A stretch of DNA of 64,000 bases from an uncultured Actinomycetota bacterium (GTDB lineage Bacteria > Actinomycetota > Actinomycetes > Streptosporangiales > Streptosporangiaceae): the NCBI GenBank assembly GCA_963730435.1, contig CAVSRT010000013.1:11536-75535 (forward strand). Direction: 5' to 3'. How positions within the stretch are numbered: the first letter of the stretch is position 1; the number at the start of each line of letters is the position of its first letter. Position numbers and translations under genes: made by a program. The notes under the pieces are model-generated. The model saw nothing but the letters and a program-made list of their open reading frames with translations, was not told the origin of the DNA and did not search any database. Shown here piece after piece: positions 47,417 through 56,017 of the stretch.

Positions 47417-47830
47417 ATGAGTCGCAGCGGGGCGCTTGACTGGCTGCTTGATGATCTGGTCACGCGAGTTGCCCAGATCGACAAGGCGGTGATCCTGTCA
47501 CGGGACGGGCTCGCAATCGGCGCGTCGGCCGGACTGAGCCGTGACGATGCCGAGCACTTGTCGGCGGTAGCGGCCGGCTTCCAGAGCCTGGCCAGAGGCG
47601 TCGGCCATCATTTCGGCGGAGGCCTGCCACGGCAGACGATTGTCGAGATGGAATCGGCCTTCCTGTTCGTGACCGCCGCCGGCGAAGGCAGCTGCCTGGC
47701 CGTGCTGGCGGCCGCCGACGCGGATGCCGCCGGGCACATCGCGTACGAGATGGCTGTGCTCGTCCGCCGGGTCGGCGAGCACATGGCGGTCAATGCGCGG
47801 CCGCCGGCCAGTACCGCCGAAGCGGTGTGA
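47417..47830 (+). CDS. cvnB: roadblock/LC7 domain protein (conservon CvnB-type)
   Basis: 137 aa. The ATG is after AAGGGGAGG. Typical Robl pattern (AVILSRDGLAIGAS...). Confidence 0.8.
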   Translation: MSRSGALDWLLDDLVTRVAQIDKAVILSRDGLAIGASAGLSRDDAEHLSAVAAGFQSLARGVGHHFGGGLPRQTIVEMESAFLFVTAAGEGSCLAVLAAADADAAGHIAYEMAVLVRRVGEHMAVNARPPASTAEAV

Positions 47831-47836
47831 CCTTAG

Positions 47837-48202
47837 GTGCGCGACGATCAGTGGCTCGACCGAGACGCGGGTCCCGTCGTCCGGCCGTATGCGCTTACTG
47901 GCGGCCGCACCCGCCCGCGGGGCGAGATCATCGACCTGCTCTCGATGGTCACATCGACGCGCCTCGGCTCCTCCAGCGACATGATGCTCGAGCCTGAGTA
48001 CATGGCGGTGGTCAGGCAGTGCCGCCGGCCGAAGTCGGTCGCCGACCTTGCCTCCGACCTTGACCTGCCGCTCGGCGTGGTCCGGATCTTGCTATCGGAC
48101 ATGCGCGAGAACGGACTGATCATGATTCGTCAACCAGCGCGGAGCCGGCTCACCGACCCGCAATTGCTCAAGGATGTCGCTGATGCTCTCCGCAGGCTCT
48201 GA
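47837..48202 (+). CDS. cvnC: DUF742 domain protein (conservon CvnC-type)
   Basis: GPVVRPYALTGGRTRP motif of DUF742. GTG start 7 nt after the cvnB stop. Confidence 0.7.
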   Translation: MRDDQWLDRDAGPVVRPYALTGGRTRPRGEIIDLLSMVTSTRLGSSSDMMLEPEYMAVVRQCRRPKSVADLASDLDLPLGVVRILLSDMRENGLIMIRQPARSRLTDPQLLKDVADALRRL

Positions 48203-48788
48203 CCGGGAGGTTGACACCGACGGACCGGTGTCAATCAAGATCCTCATCGCTGGCGGGTTCGGCGCTGGCAAGACCACGCTGGTGAGCTCGGTTAGCGAGA
48301 TCAAGCCGCTGCGAACTGAGGAAATGCTGAGCGAGCCGAGCGTCCTGGTCGACGCGCTCGACGGCGTCGAGCAGAAGACCACCACGACCGTGGCCATGGA
48401 CTTCGGCCGGATCACGGTGCGCGACGATCTGGTCGTTTACTTGTTCGGCACGCCGGGCCAGCATCGGTTCTGGTTCATGTGGGACGAGCTTGCGCTCGGC
48501 GCTCTTGGCGCCGTGGTGATGGCCGACACCCGCCGGCTGGCTGACAGCTTCCCCTCCGTGGACTACTTCGAGCGCCGCGGCCTGCCTTTCGTCGTCGCGG
48601 TGAACTGCTTCGATGGCGCCAAGCGATTCCGTCCCGATGTGGTCAGGACGGCGCTCGACCTCAGCAGCGAAGTGCCCGTGGTGCTGTGCGATGCGCGCCA
48701 GCGAGCGTCCAGCCGTGATGTGCTGGTGACTCTCGTCGAGTACGCCATCAAGCTGATCAGCGACAGCGAAGTCATGACGCCGAGCTAG
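48174..48788 (+). CDS. cvnD: Ras-like ATP/GTP-binding protein (conservon CvnD-type)
   Basis: P-loop AGGFGAGKTT, switch/DxxG-like LFGTPGQ and NCFD guanine-specificity-like motif. Overlaps the cvnC end. Confidence 0.75.
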   Translation: MSLMLSAGSDREVDTDGPVSIKILIAGGFGAGKTTLVSSVSEIKPLRTEEMLSEPSVLVDALDGVEQKTTTTVAMDFGRITVRDDLVVYLFGTPGQHRFWFMWDELALGALGAVVMADTRRLADSFPSVDYFERRGLPFVVAVNCFDGAKRFRPDVVRTALDLSSEVPVVLCDARQRASSRDVLVTLVEYAIKLISDSEVMTPS

Positions 48789-48834
48789 CCGGACCGCTCA
48801 CTACCGTCGGTCATCACGCTGCCGCCAGCAGCAG

Positions 48835-49959
48835 TCAGACTCGCCAGATCAGCGCGAGCGCGCAGTCGTCAGAGTTGCGCCCGCCGCCTTGCATGGTCTG
48901 CACGAGACGGGCCGCCCCAGCACCGAACCCGCTAGTTACGAGCCGGTCGGCTTCCCCGAGCAGCCGGTCGATGCCCGCGTCTATGTCTCGGCCGGGGACC
49001 TCGACAAGCCCGTCGGTGTACAGCATGAGGGCGTCACCGGGTCGCAGATGGCCGTTCTCGGGCCGGGTACGCAGATCGGGTACTACGCCCAGGACGATCC
49101 CGCGCGCCTTGGTCAGCCGCCATCGCCCGCTGCCGCCCTCGAACTGGGCGGCGGGCGGGTGGCCGCCTGAGGAGATGAGGTAGTCGCCGGTGACCAGATC
49201 AAGCGTGAGGTGGACCGCCGTGACGAATCCCTCCGGCGGGCCGCCACGCTGCAGGTACGCGTTGCAAGCCTGCAGGTAGTCAGCATGCGGGACAGACCCG
49301 AGCAAGCCGCCGAAGGCGCCCGATAGCAGGAGCGCCCTGGTACCTGCGTCGATCCCCTTGCCGGCCACATCCACCAGCGCGAGTTCCAGCACCTTGCCGT
49401 CACACGCCGACACCAGGAAGTCACCGCCGAAGGACGAGCCGCCCGCCGGCCGCAGCACCGACACCGCATGCCAGCCATCGGGCAACTCGGGCATCTTGCC
49501 CTGCGCCCGGATCCTGTCCCGGAGCTCGATCAGCATCTGATCGCCGCGCAGGCCCGGCATCCCGAGCCTGGCCCTGGTCCGCGCGAGCACATCGGCAAAG
49601 AGCGCCGTGATGCCAATTGTCGCGGCTATGCCGAGTCCAGCCCGCTTGTACACAATGTCGTAGGCGAGCATCGCGGCCACGAACGCGATCAGGATTCGCA
49701 GCGCCCGCGGCCACAGCAGCAGGCCGCCGGCGAGGATTGGCAAGATCATGACACCGGGCGACAGCCACTCCCCAGAGACCTTGACGGCTCCGATGCCGAT
49801 CCCGGCGACGACGGCAGCCAGGCCAAGCGCCATCCGGCGGTTCCGCGTGATGAGCTGGCGGCTGAACCACGCGCGCTGACGTCGCGCCGCGGACGCAGCC
49901 ACGGACCAGAGCCGGCGGCAGACCTGGGCAACCATCTTCCCGGCACTGTATCGGTACAA
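48835..49959 (-). CDS. membrane-anchored PP2C (SpoIIE) family protein-serine/threonine phosphatase
   Basis: N-terminal about 120 aa with 3-4 TM helices, then PP2C motifs (FGGDFL, VDVAGKGIDAG, LYTDGLVE). The exact start is uncertain (TTG in track; ATG 8 codons in). Confidence 0.7.
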   Translation of the reverse strand: MYRYSAGKMVAQVCRRLWSVAASAARRQRAWFSRQLITRNRRMALGLAAVVAGIGIGAVKVSGEWLSPGVMILPILAGGLLLWPRALRILIAFVAAMLAYDIVYKRAGLGIAATIGITALFADVLARTRARLGMPGLRGDQMLIELRDRIRAQGKMPELPDGWHAVSVLRPAGGSSFGGDFLVSACDGKVLELALVDVAGKGIDAGTRALLLSGAFGGLLGSVPHADYLQACNAYLQRGGPPEGFVTAVHLTLDLVTGDYLISSGGHPPAAQFEGGSGRWRLTKARGIVLGVVPDLRTRPENGHLRPGDALMLYTDGLVEVPGRDIDAGIDRLLGEADRLVTSGFGAGAARLVQTMQGGGRNSDDCALALIWRV

Positions 49960-50107
49960 GCCATGCGAGCGTCAGTGCCAGTACCTGTGAACTGGGTGGG
50001 AAGTCAGTCAACGTCTCCTGCGCTGTCCCAGTCCGGGGTTCATCAGCTCGCTGGTCACGCCGGAAATGTGGTGGCTGGGCGCCGGCCGGCCGGGTAGAAA
50101 GGCCGGT

Positions 50108-51358
50108 ATGAATTCGCGCTATCCGATCCGCGTCATCGCCGCCGACGAGTTCGAGGCGTTCGCCGGCGTACCTGGGCAGGCTTTCCTCGAGGAGTGGACG
50201 CCTGAGGCCATCGAGATCGAGCGCCCGATCACCGAGTTTGATCGCACCATCGCGGCGTTCGACGGAGCCCGGATGGTAGGCACGGCCAGCGCTTACACCT
50301 TCCGCCTGACCGTCCCCGGCGGCGCCGCCGACGCGGCCGGCATCACACTCGTGAGCGTCCTTCCGAGCCATCGGCGCCGGGGCATCCTGACGGACATGAT
50401 GCGGCACGAGATCACCGATGCGCACGAGCGCGGTGAGGCGCTCGCGATTCTGTACGCCTCGGAGTCAGGAATCTACGGCCGATACGGGTTCGGGCTGGCG
50501 AGCTGGCATCAGCGGATGCGGATCGGCCGCGGCGACGGGCAGCTCGCGATCGGTGCCGCTCTCGGCGCATCCGAGCAGGTTCGCCTGCGCTTCGACCCGC
50601 CTGGCGAGGTCCGGGCTGAGATGGTCAAGCTCTTCGACGCCGCGGTGCCCGGCCGGCCAGGCATGCTGGCCAGGGATGACCGCTGGTGGGACGTGATCCT
50701 CTCCGACGATCCGACGCGCCGTGGCGGCATGTCGCCACTGCGCTGCCTCCTGGCCGAGGACGAGACAGGCCCGCGCGGCTACGCGCTGTACCGCACGCAG
50801 GCTGCCTGGGACGAGGGCATCGCTGACGGCACGATCCGCGTCCGCGAGCTGATCGCTGCCGATGGTGCCGCAACGGCAGCATTGTGGGGGGATCTCCTCA
50901 GCCGGGACCTCGTCGGCGAGGTCGTCGCACGAAACCAGCCCATCGACGATCCTCTGCTCGCCATGCTCGGAGATCAGCGGCGGGCGCAGCCCATGGTGAG
51001 CGACGCACTCTGGGTCCGGCTCATCGACCTGCCCGCTGCCCTGTGCCAGCGCACGTATGCGAGCGCCACCGACGTCGTCCTGGACGTCATCGACCCGTTC
51101 CTGCCTGCGAACGCCGGTCGCTGGCGGCTGACGACCACTGGACGGGACGACAGCGCCGGGGCACAGTGCCAGCGCACCAGCGCACCGGCTGACGTCCTCG
51201 TATCGGTGCACGCGCTCGGGGCCGGCTACCTGGGCGGCGCCAGCTTCGGTCAGCTCGCCGCGGCTGGCCACGTCCGGGAGCTCACGCCAGGATCGCTGGC
51301 GCGACTGGCAGCGGCGATGTCGTGGGATCCCCGACCTTGGTGCAGCATGATGTTCTGA
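50108..51358 (+). CDS. GNAT family N-acetyltransferase, Eis-like (GNAT plus second GNAT-like plus SCP2-like C-terminal domain)
   Basis: The internal ATG (MNSRYPIRV) gives about 416 aa. HRRRGILTDMM acetyl-CoA motif, and the three-domain length is typical of Eis. Confidence 0.7.
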   Translation: MNSRYPIRVIAADEFEAFAGVPGQAFLEEWTPEAIEIERPITEFDRTIAAFDGARMVGTASAYTFRLTVPGGAADAAGITLVSVLPSHRRRGILTDMMRHEITDAHERGEALAILYASESGIYGRYGFGLASWHQRMRIGRGDGQLAIGAALGASEQVRLRFDPPGEVRAEMVKLFDAAVPGRPGMLARDDRWWDVILSDDPTRRGGMSPLRCLLAEDETGPRGYALYRTQAAWDEGIADGTIRVRELIAADGAATAALWGDLLSRDLVGEVVARNQPIDDPLLAMLGDQRRAQPMVSDALWVRLIDLPAALCQRTYASATDVVLDVIDPFLPANAGRWRLTTTGRDDSAGAQCQRTSAPADVLVSVHALGAGYLGGASFGQLAAAGHVRELTPGSLARLAAAMSWDPRPWCSMMF

Positions 51359-51397
51359 GATACCCACTAGACCAGGACGGGCTGGCTCTTGGCCGGG

Positions 51398-51616
51398 ATG
51401 AAGATTACCCTCGACGCCGCAATGCGAGCACGGGACGTCTCTGCGCCGAGAGCGGCTGACGATCTCGCTGCCGACGAAGTTGTCGTCGAGCCCATCACCG
51501 CGGGCGCCGATGACGAGTCCGTCAGCGACCAGGCGATTGGCGACAACCGCGCGGTGAGCGACCGCACCGCGGACCGCCCGCGTACACGGCGGCGCGCGCG
51601 GTTACGGCGCGGCTAG
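51398..51616 (+). CDS. possible small acidic protein with Arg-rich C-terminus (hypothetical)
   Basis: 72-aa ORF in the intergenic gap between the eis-like and rpiB genes. Weak RBS and no homology recognised. Confidence 0.2.
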   Translation: MKITLDAAMRARDVSAPRAADDLAADEVVVEPITAGADDESVSDQAIGDNRAVSDRTADRPRTRRRARLRRG

Positions 51617-51636
51617 CCTCCGGCCGTACGCGACGG

Positions 51637-52104
51637 CTACGGAAGCGGCGGCAGCTCGCCGGTCTGCTCGTAGGCCGCGATCATATTCAGCCGCCGGACG
51701 TGTCGTGGCTCCTGCGAGAATGCAGTCTCGACGAACACCTTCGCGAACCCGACGGCTGCCTCGATGGAGTACTCGCGCGCGCCGAGGCTGAGCACGTTGG
51801 CGTTGTTGTGCAGCCGCGCTAGCCGCGCGGTCTCGTCACTCCAGGCGAGCGCCGCCCGTACGCCTCGAACCTTGTTTGAGGCCATCTGCTCGCCGTTGCC
51901 TGACCCGCCGATCACGATGCCCAGGCTGCCCGGATCGCCAACTGCAGCAGTAGCGGCCCGCATGACGTAGACCGGATAGTCGTCGTCGGGCTGATAGCTC
52001 GACGGGCCGCAGTCGACCGGCTCGTGACCTGCCTGCGTCAGCCATTCCACCAGGCTGGCCTTCAGCTCGAAGCCCGCGTGGTCAGATCCCAGGTATACGC
52101 GCAC
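51637..52104 (-). CDS. rpiB: ribose-5-phosphate isomerase B
   Basis: MRVYLGSDHAGFELK...GIVIGGSGNGEQMASNK (active-site Cys replaced by the Glu typical of actinobacterial RpiB), about 155 aa. Confidence 0.85.
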   Translation of the reverse strand: MRVYLGSDHAGFELKASLVEWLTQAGHEPVDCGPSSYQPDDDYPVYVMRAATAAVGDPGSLGIVIGGSGNGEQMASNKVRGVRAALAWSDETARLARLHNNANVLSLGAREYSIEAAVGFAKVFVETAFSQEPRHVRRLNMIAAYEQTGELPPLP

Positions 52105-52356
52105 AGCGCAAGTCTGACACGGAGCCAGGGGGGCCGGCCCGTCACACCCGGATCACCCGGCCGGGTGGCGCCGCCGCACGGCAGTGGCGGTCGGCATGCT
52201 CCCCGGGCCACGCCTGCTAGCAGCCCGAAACCCTCATAAGATCCAGGCGTCACTTCATTCCGTGATACAACGCTCTCTGAGAGTAACGAGGCTCGATTGC
52301 CGAAAGTTACGGGTAACCGCTCGACTAACCGGGGGCGTCAAGGTGGTGCAACAGGC

Positions 52357-52746
52357 ATGGGATCGCTGACCACGCCGGGGGACCTGGCTGGCCTGGTGCT
52401 GCTCGCGGTCGCGGTCTTGATAGCCGCTGGGCGCCTCGCGGCGGGCCGGCTGGCGGCGAATCACGCGGCGGAGCATGCGCGCCGATTCAGGCTCGCACGC
52501 ACGGCCGAGCAACAGCCTCCAGCCGGGCAGCCACATACGGCTAACGGCCAGCCCGAGCCGCCGGCGCTGGCGTTGCATGTGATCGCGCCGAGCCAGCCAC
52601 CGAGGCCGGCGCAGCCTAACCTCGTCATACCGTCGCAGTCGACCTGGCAGTCCCGCGCCAGTCAGCCAGCCGGCCTAATCGAAGATCGGGTCCCTGGTCC
52701 GGCTGCGCTTCAGCTCGAAGAAGCCGTCGGTTCCCGAGACCAGTAG
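52357..52746 (+). CDS. possible small membrane protein (hypothetical; one TM, Pro/Gln-rich tail)
   Basis: The ATG is 10 nt after AAGGTGG. Overlaps the 3' end of the convergent DsbA-like gene. No homology recognised. Confidence 0.2.
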   Translation: MGSLTTPGDLAGLVLLAVAVLIAAGRLAAGRLAANHAAEHARRFRLARTAEQQPPAGQPHTANGQPEPPALALHVIAPSQPPRPAQPNLVIPSQSTWQSRASQPAGLIEDRVPGPAALQLEEAVGSRDQ

Positions 52747-53292
52747 CACACCGTCCCACAGCCGGCCAGCGGCCTCGCCGCGCGGGATCGGCGACACGAC
52801 GGGTCCGAAGAACGAGGATCCGTTGACCGAGATGACCGGGGTGCCAACCTCATAGCCGACGCGGTCCATGCCGTCCTTGTGTGAGGCGCGCAGAGCGTCG
52901 TCGTAGGACTCGTCGTCCATGGCGTCGGCGAGCTCGGCAGGCAGGCCAGCCTCGGCTAGCGCGGCTTCGATCAGAGCCCGGTTACGATCGGCCTTCTCAT
53001 CGTGGAACCGCCTGCCGATCGCCGTGTACAGGGGCAGCAGGACGTCCGGCCCGAACTTCTGCTCAGCAGCGATGCAGACCCGGACCGGGCCCCACGCCTG
53101 ACGCATGGCCTCCTTGTACCGCTCCGGCATGTCCTCCTTGGCCTCGTTCAGTACCGCGAGGCTCATGACGTGCCAGCGGGCCGTCACCGGGCGTACCTTC
53201 TCGACCTCGAGCACCCACCGGCTCGTGATCCAGGCCCATGGACATAGCGGATCAAACCAGAAATCCAGCTCGGTTGGCTCATGCGCAGGCAT
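52675..53292 (-). CDS. DsbA-family thioredoxin-fold protein (DsbA/HCCA-isomerase-like; single-Cys CPWA motif)
   Basis: FDPLCPWAW near the N-terminus with an inserted helical domain. 205 aa. Confidence 0.6.
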   Translation of the reverse strand: MPAHEPTELDFWFDPLCPWAWITSRWVLEVEKVRPVTARWHVMSLAVLNEAKEDMPERYKEAMRQAWGPVRVCIAAEQKFGPDVLLPLYTAIGRRFHDEKADRNRALIEAALAEAGLPAELADAMDDESYDDALRASHKDGMDRVGYEVGTPVISVNGSSFFGPVVSPIPRGEAAGRLWDGVLLVSGTDGFFELKRSRTRDPIFD

Positions 53293-53406
53293 TCATACTC
53301 CTTGGCTGTGTCGGTTGCTTGCGGCAACCAAGAAACGGCGTTGCACATTCCGGCCGGGGGCATGAACATGGCGAGCGGACACCGTCGAGCCGAAGGGAAC
53401 CGAGCA

Positions 53407-55951
53407 GTGGCGAGCAACCTCACGCGCGACGAGGCGCGAGACCGGGCGCAGCTGATCAAGGTCGAGTCCTATGACGTGGAGCTGGAGCTAACAGGCTCGG
53501 ACACGACATTCCAGTCGGCTACTACGGTCCGGTTCGGTTGCGACCGGCCCGGCGCGGATACCTTCATCGAGCTGACCGCGCCTGCCGTGACGCAGATCAC
53601 GCTCAACGGCGTGCCTGTCGACCTGGCGGCTTTCGACGGCGACCGGATAACGCTGGCTGGCCTGGCCGCGCGTAACGAGCTCCGGGTCGTCGCGACGTGC
53701 GCTTACTCGCGCACCGGCGAGGGCCTGCACCGGTTCACCGATCCGGCCGACAAGGACGTGTACCTCTACAGCGACCTGGAGACGTTCGACGCGCACCGCA
53801 TCTACGCGTGCTTCGACCAGCCTGATCTCAAGGCGACTTTCGAGTTCACCGTGACCGGCCAGGACGACTGGAAGGTCATTTCGAACATGGCGCCGGACAT
53901 CAGCGCCGAACCAGCCGGTCCCGGCGTGACGCGCTGGCACTTCCCCCCGACGCCGGTCATGTCGACCTATATCACGTGCATCGCGGCTGGTCCCTACTTC
54001 GAGGTGAGGCAGGAGCACGACGGCATCCCGCTCGGCCTGTACTGCCGGCAATCGCTGGCCAGCTACCTGGATCAGGACGAGATCTTCGAGATCACCAGGC
54101 AGGGCTTCGACTACTACCACCAGGCCTTCGGCGTCCGGTACCCGTTCGGGAAGTACGACCAGCTGTTCGTGCCCGAGTTCAAGGCCGGGGCGATGGAGAA
54201 CGCCGGCGCCGTGACCTTCCTCGAGGACTACATCTTCCGGTCCAGGGTCACCGACACGATGCGCGAGGCCAGGGCACAGACGATCCTGCACGAGATGGCC
54301 CACATGTGGTTCGGTGACCTGGTCACCATGCTGTGGTGGGACGACCTGTGGCTGAACGAGTCGTTCGCCAGCTGGGCCGAGATGGTCTCGAGCACCGAGG
54401 CCACCCGCTGGACCAACGGTTGGACGGGCTTCGCCCAGGGTTACAAGGCCTGGGCCTACCGCCAGGACCAGCTGCCGTCAACGCACCCGATCGCCGCCGA
54501 CATCCCAGACATCGAGGCCGTCGAGGTGAACTTCGACGGGATCACCTACGCCAAGGGCGCCGCCGTCCTGAAGCAGCTCGTCGCCTACGTTGGCCGGGAC
54601 AACTTCCTCGCCGGCGTGCGCGACTACTTCGGCAGGCACGCGTGGGGCAACGCCACGCTGGCCGATCTGCTCGAAGCGCTCGAGCAGGCCTCCGGCCGAG
54701 ATCTCACCTCCTGGTCCAAGTCCTGGCTGGAGACGGCGGGCGTCAACACGCTGCGTCCGTCTTATGAGCTAGATGGCGAGGGCCGGTTCAGCTCCTTCAC
54801 CGTGGTCCAGGAAGCCCCGGCCGAGCACCCGGAGCTGCGCCCGCACCGGATCGCGATCGGCCTGTACGATCGCTCCGGCGACGGCCAGGCGGGGACTCAG
54901 CTCCGCCGGCGGCGCCAGGTCGAACTGGATATCGCCGGCGCCGAGACCGAGGTGGGCGAGCTTATCGGCGAGCACCGGCCGGATCTGGTACTGGTCAACG
55001 ACGACGACCTGACCTACGCCAAGATCAGGCTGGACGAGCACTCCCTGGGCACTCTCATCGGCTCGATCAGCGAGCTCGCCGATCCGCTTGCGGCCGCACT
55101 CTGCTGGGCGGCCGCCTGGGATATGACCAGGGACGCCGAGATGCGGACGCGGGACTTCCTGGCCCTGATCGCCTCCGGCGCGCCAGCCATCACCGAGCTG
55201 TCCGTGCTCGAGCGGGCGCTGCTGATGACAAGCCTCGCTGTCCGCCGCTACGCCGCGCCGGACTGGCGGGCCACCGGCCTGGCGCAGCTGGAGACCGCGT
55301 TGCGGGACTGGCTGCTCGCGGCGGCGGCGGGGTCTGATCACCAGCTCGCTTACGCCAAGGCCCTGGCGCGCGTCGCGACCTCGCAGACCAGCCTCGACTT
55401 GCTCGCCGGGCTGCTCGCGGGCACCGAGTCGATCGAGGGGCTTGCCGTCGACACCGACCTGCGCTGGCAACTGCTGCACCGGCTGGTCAGCCGCGGCCTG
55501 GCCGGACCTGCCGAGATCGAGGCCGAACTCGACCGCGACCGCACCGACGCCGGCGAGCGGCACGCACAGAGCTGCCTGGCCGCGATCCCGACGCCCGAGG
55601 CCAAGGCCGCCGCCTGGGCCAAGATCACCGGGCGGGGAGCTGCCGAATGCGACCTTCAGGTCGGTGCTGCGCGGCTTCCGCGATCCGGACCAGGATGACC
55701 TGCTCACGCCCTATGCGGACAAGTTCTATGACGCACTCGCCGCGATGTGGCAGGACGGCGCATCGGACATGGCGCAGTTCTTCGCCGAGGTTGGCTACCC
55801 CGACAGCGTCAGCCAGGAGACGATCGACGCCACCGACGCCTACATCGCGGCCGCCCGACCAGTCCCGGCCCTGAACCGGCTGCTCAATGAGCGCCGCGAC
55901 GACGTCGCGCGGGCCCTTCGCTGCCAGCAGCGGGACGCCCAGCCGAGCTGA
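53407..55951 (+). CDS. pepN: aminopeptidase N (M1 family), with an apparent 1-nt frameshift near 55633
   Basis: GAMEN and HEMAHMWFGDLVT...WLNESFA zinc motifs. GTG start (VASNLTRDEA) 8 nt after GAAGGGA. The main frame stops at 55698, but the conserved C-terminal about 105 aa (ELPNATFRSVLRGFRDPDQDDLLTPYADKFYDALAAMWQ...) continues in the frame of track ORF 55442..55951. Confidence 0.8.
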
Positions 55952-56017
55952 CACAGCCCAGCTGACACAGCCGACCTAACACAGCCCAGCTAACACAGGC
56001 GAGACAGCACGGGCGAG

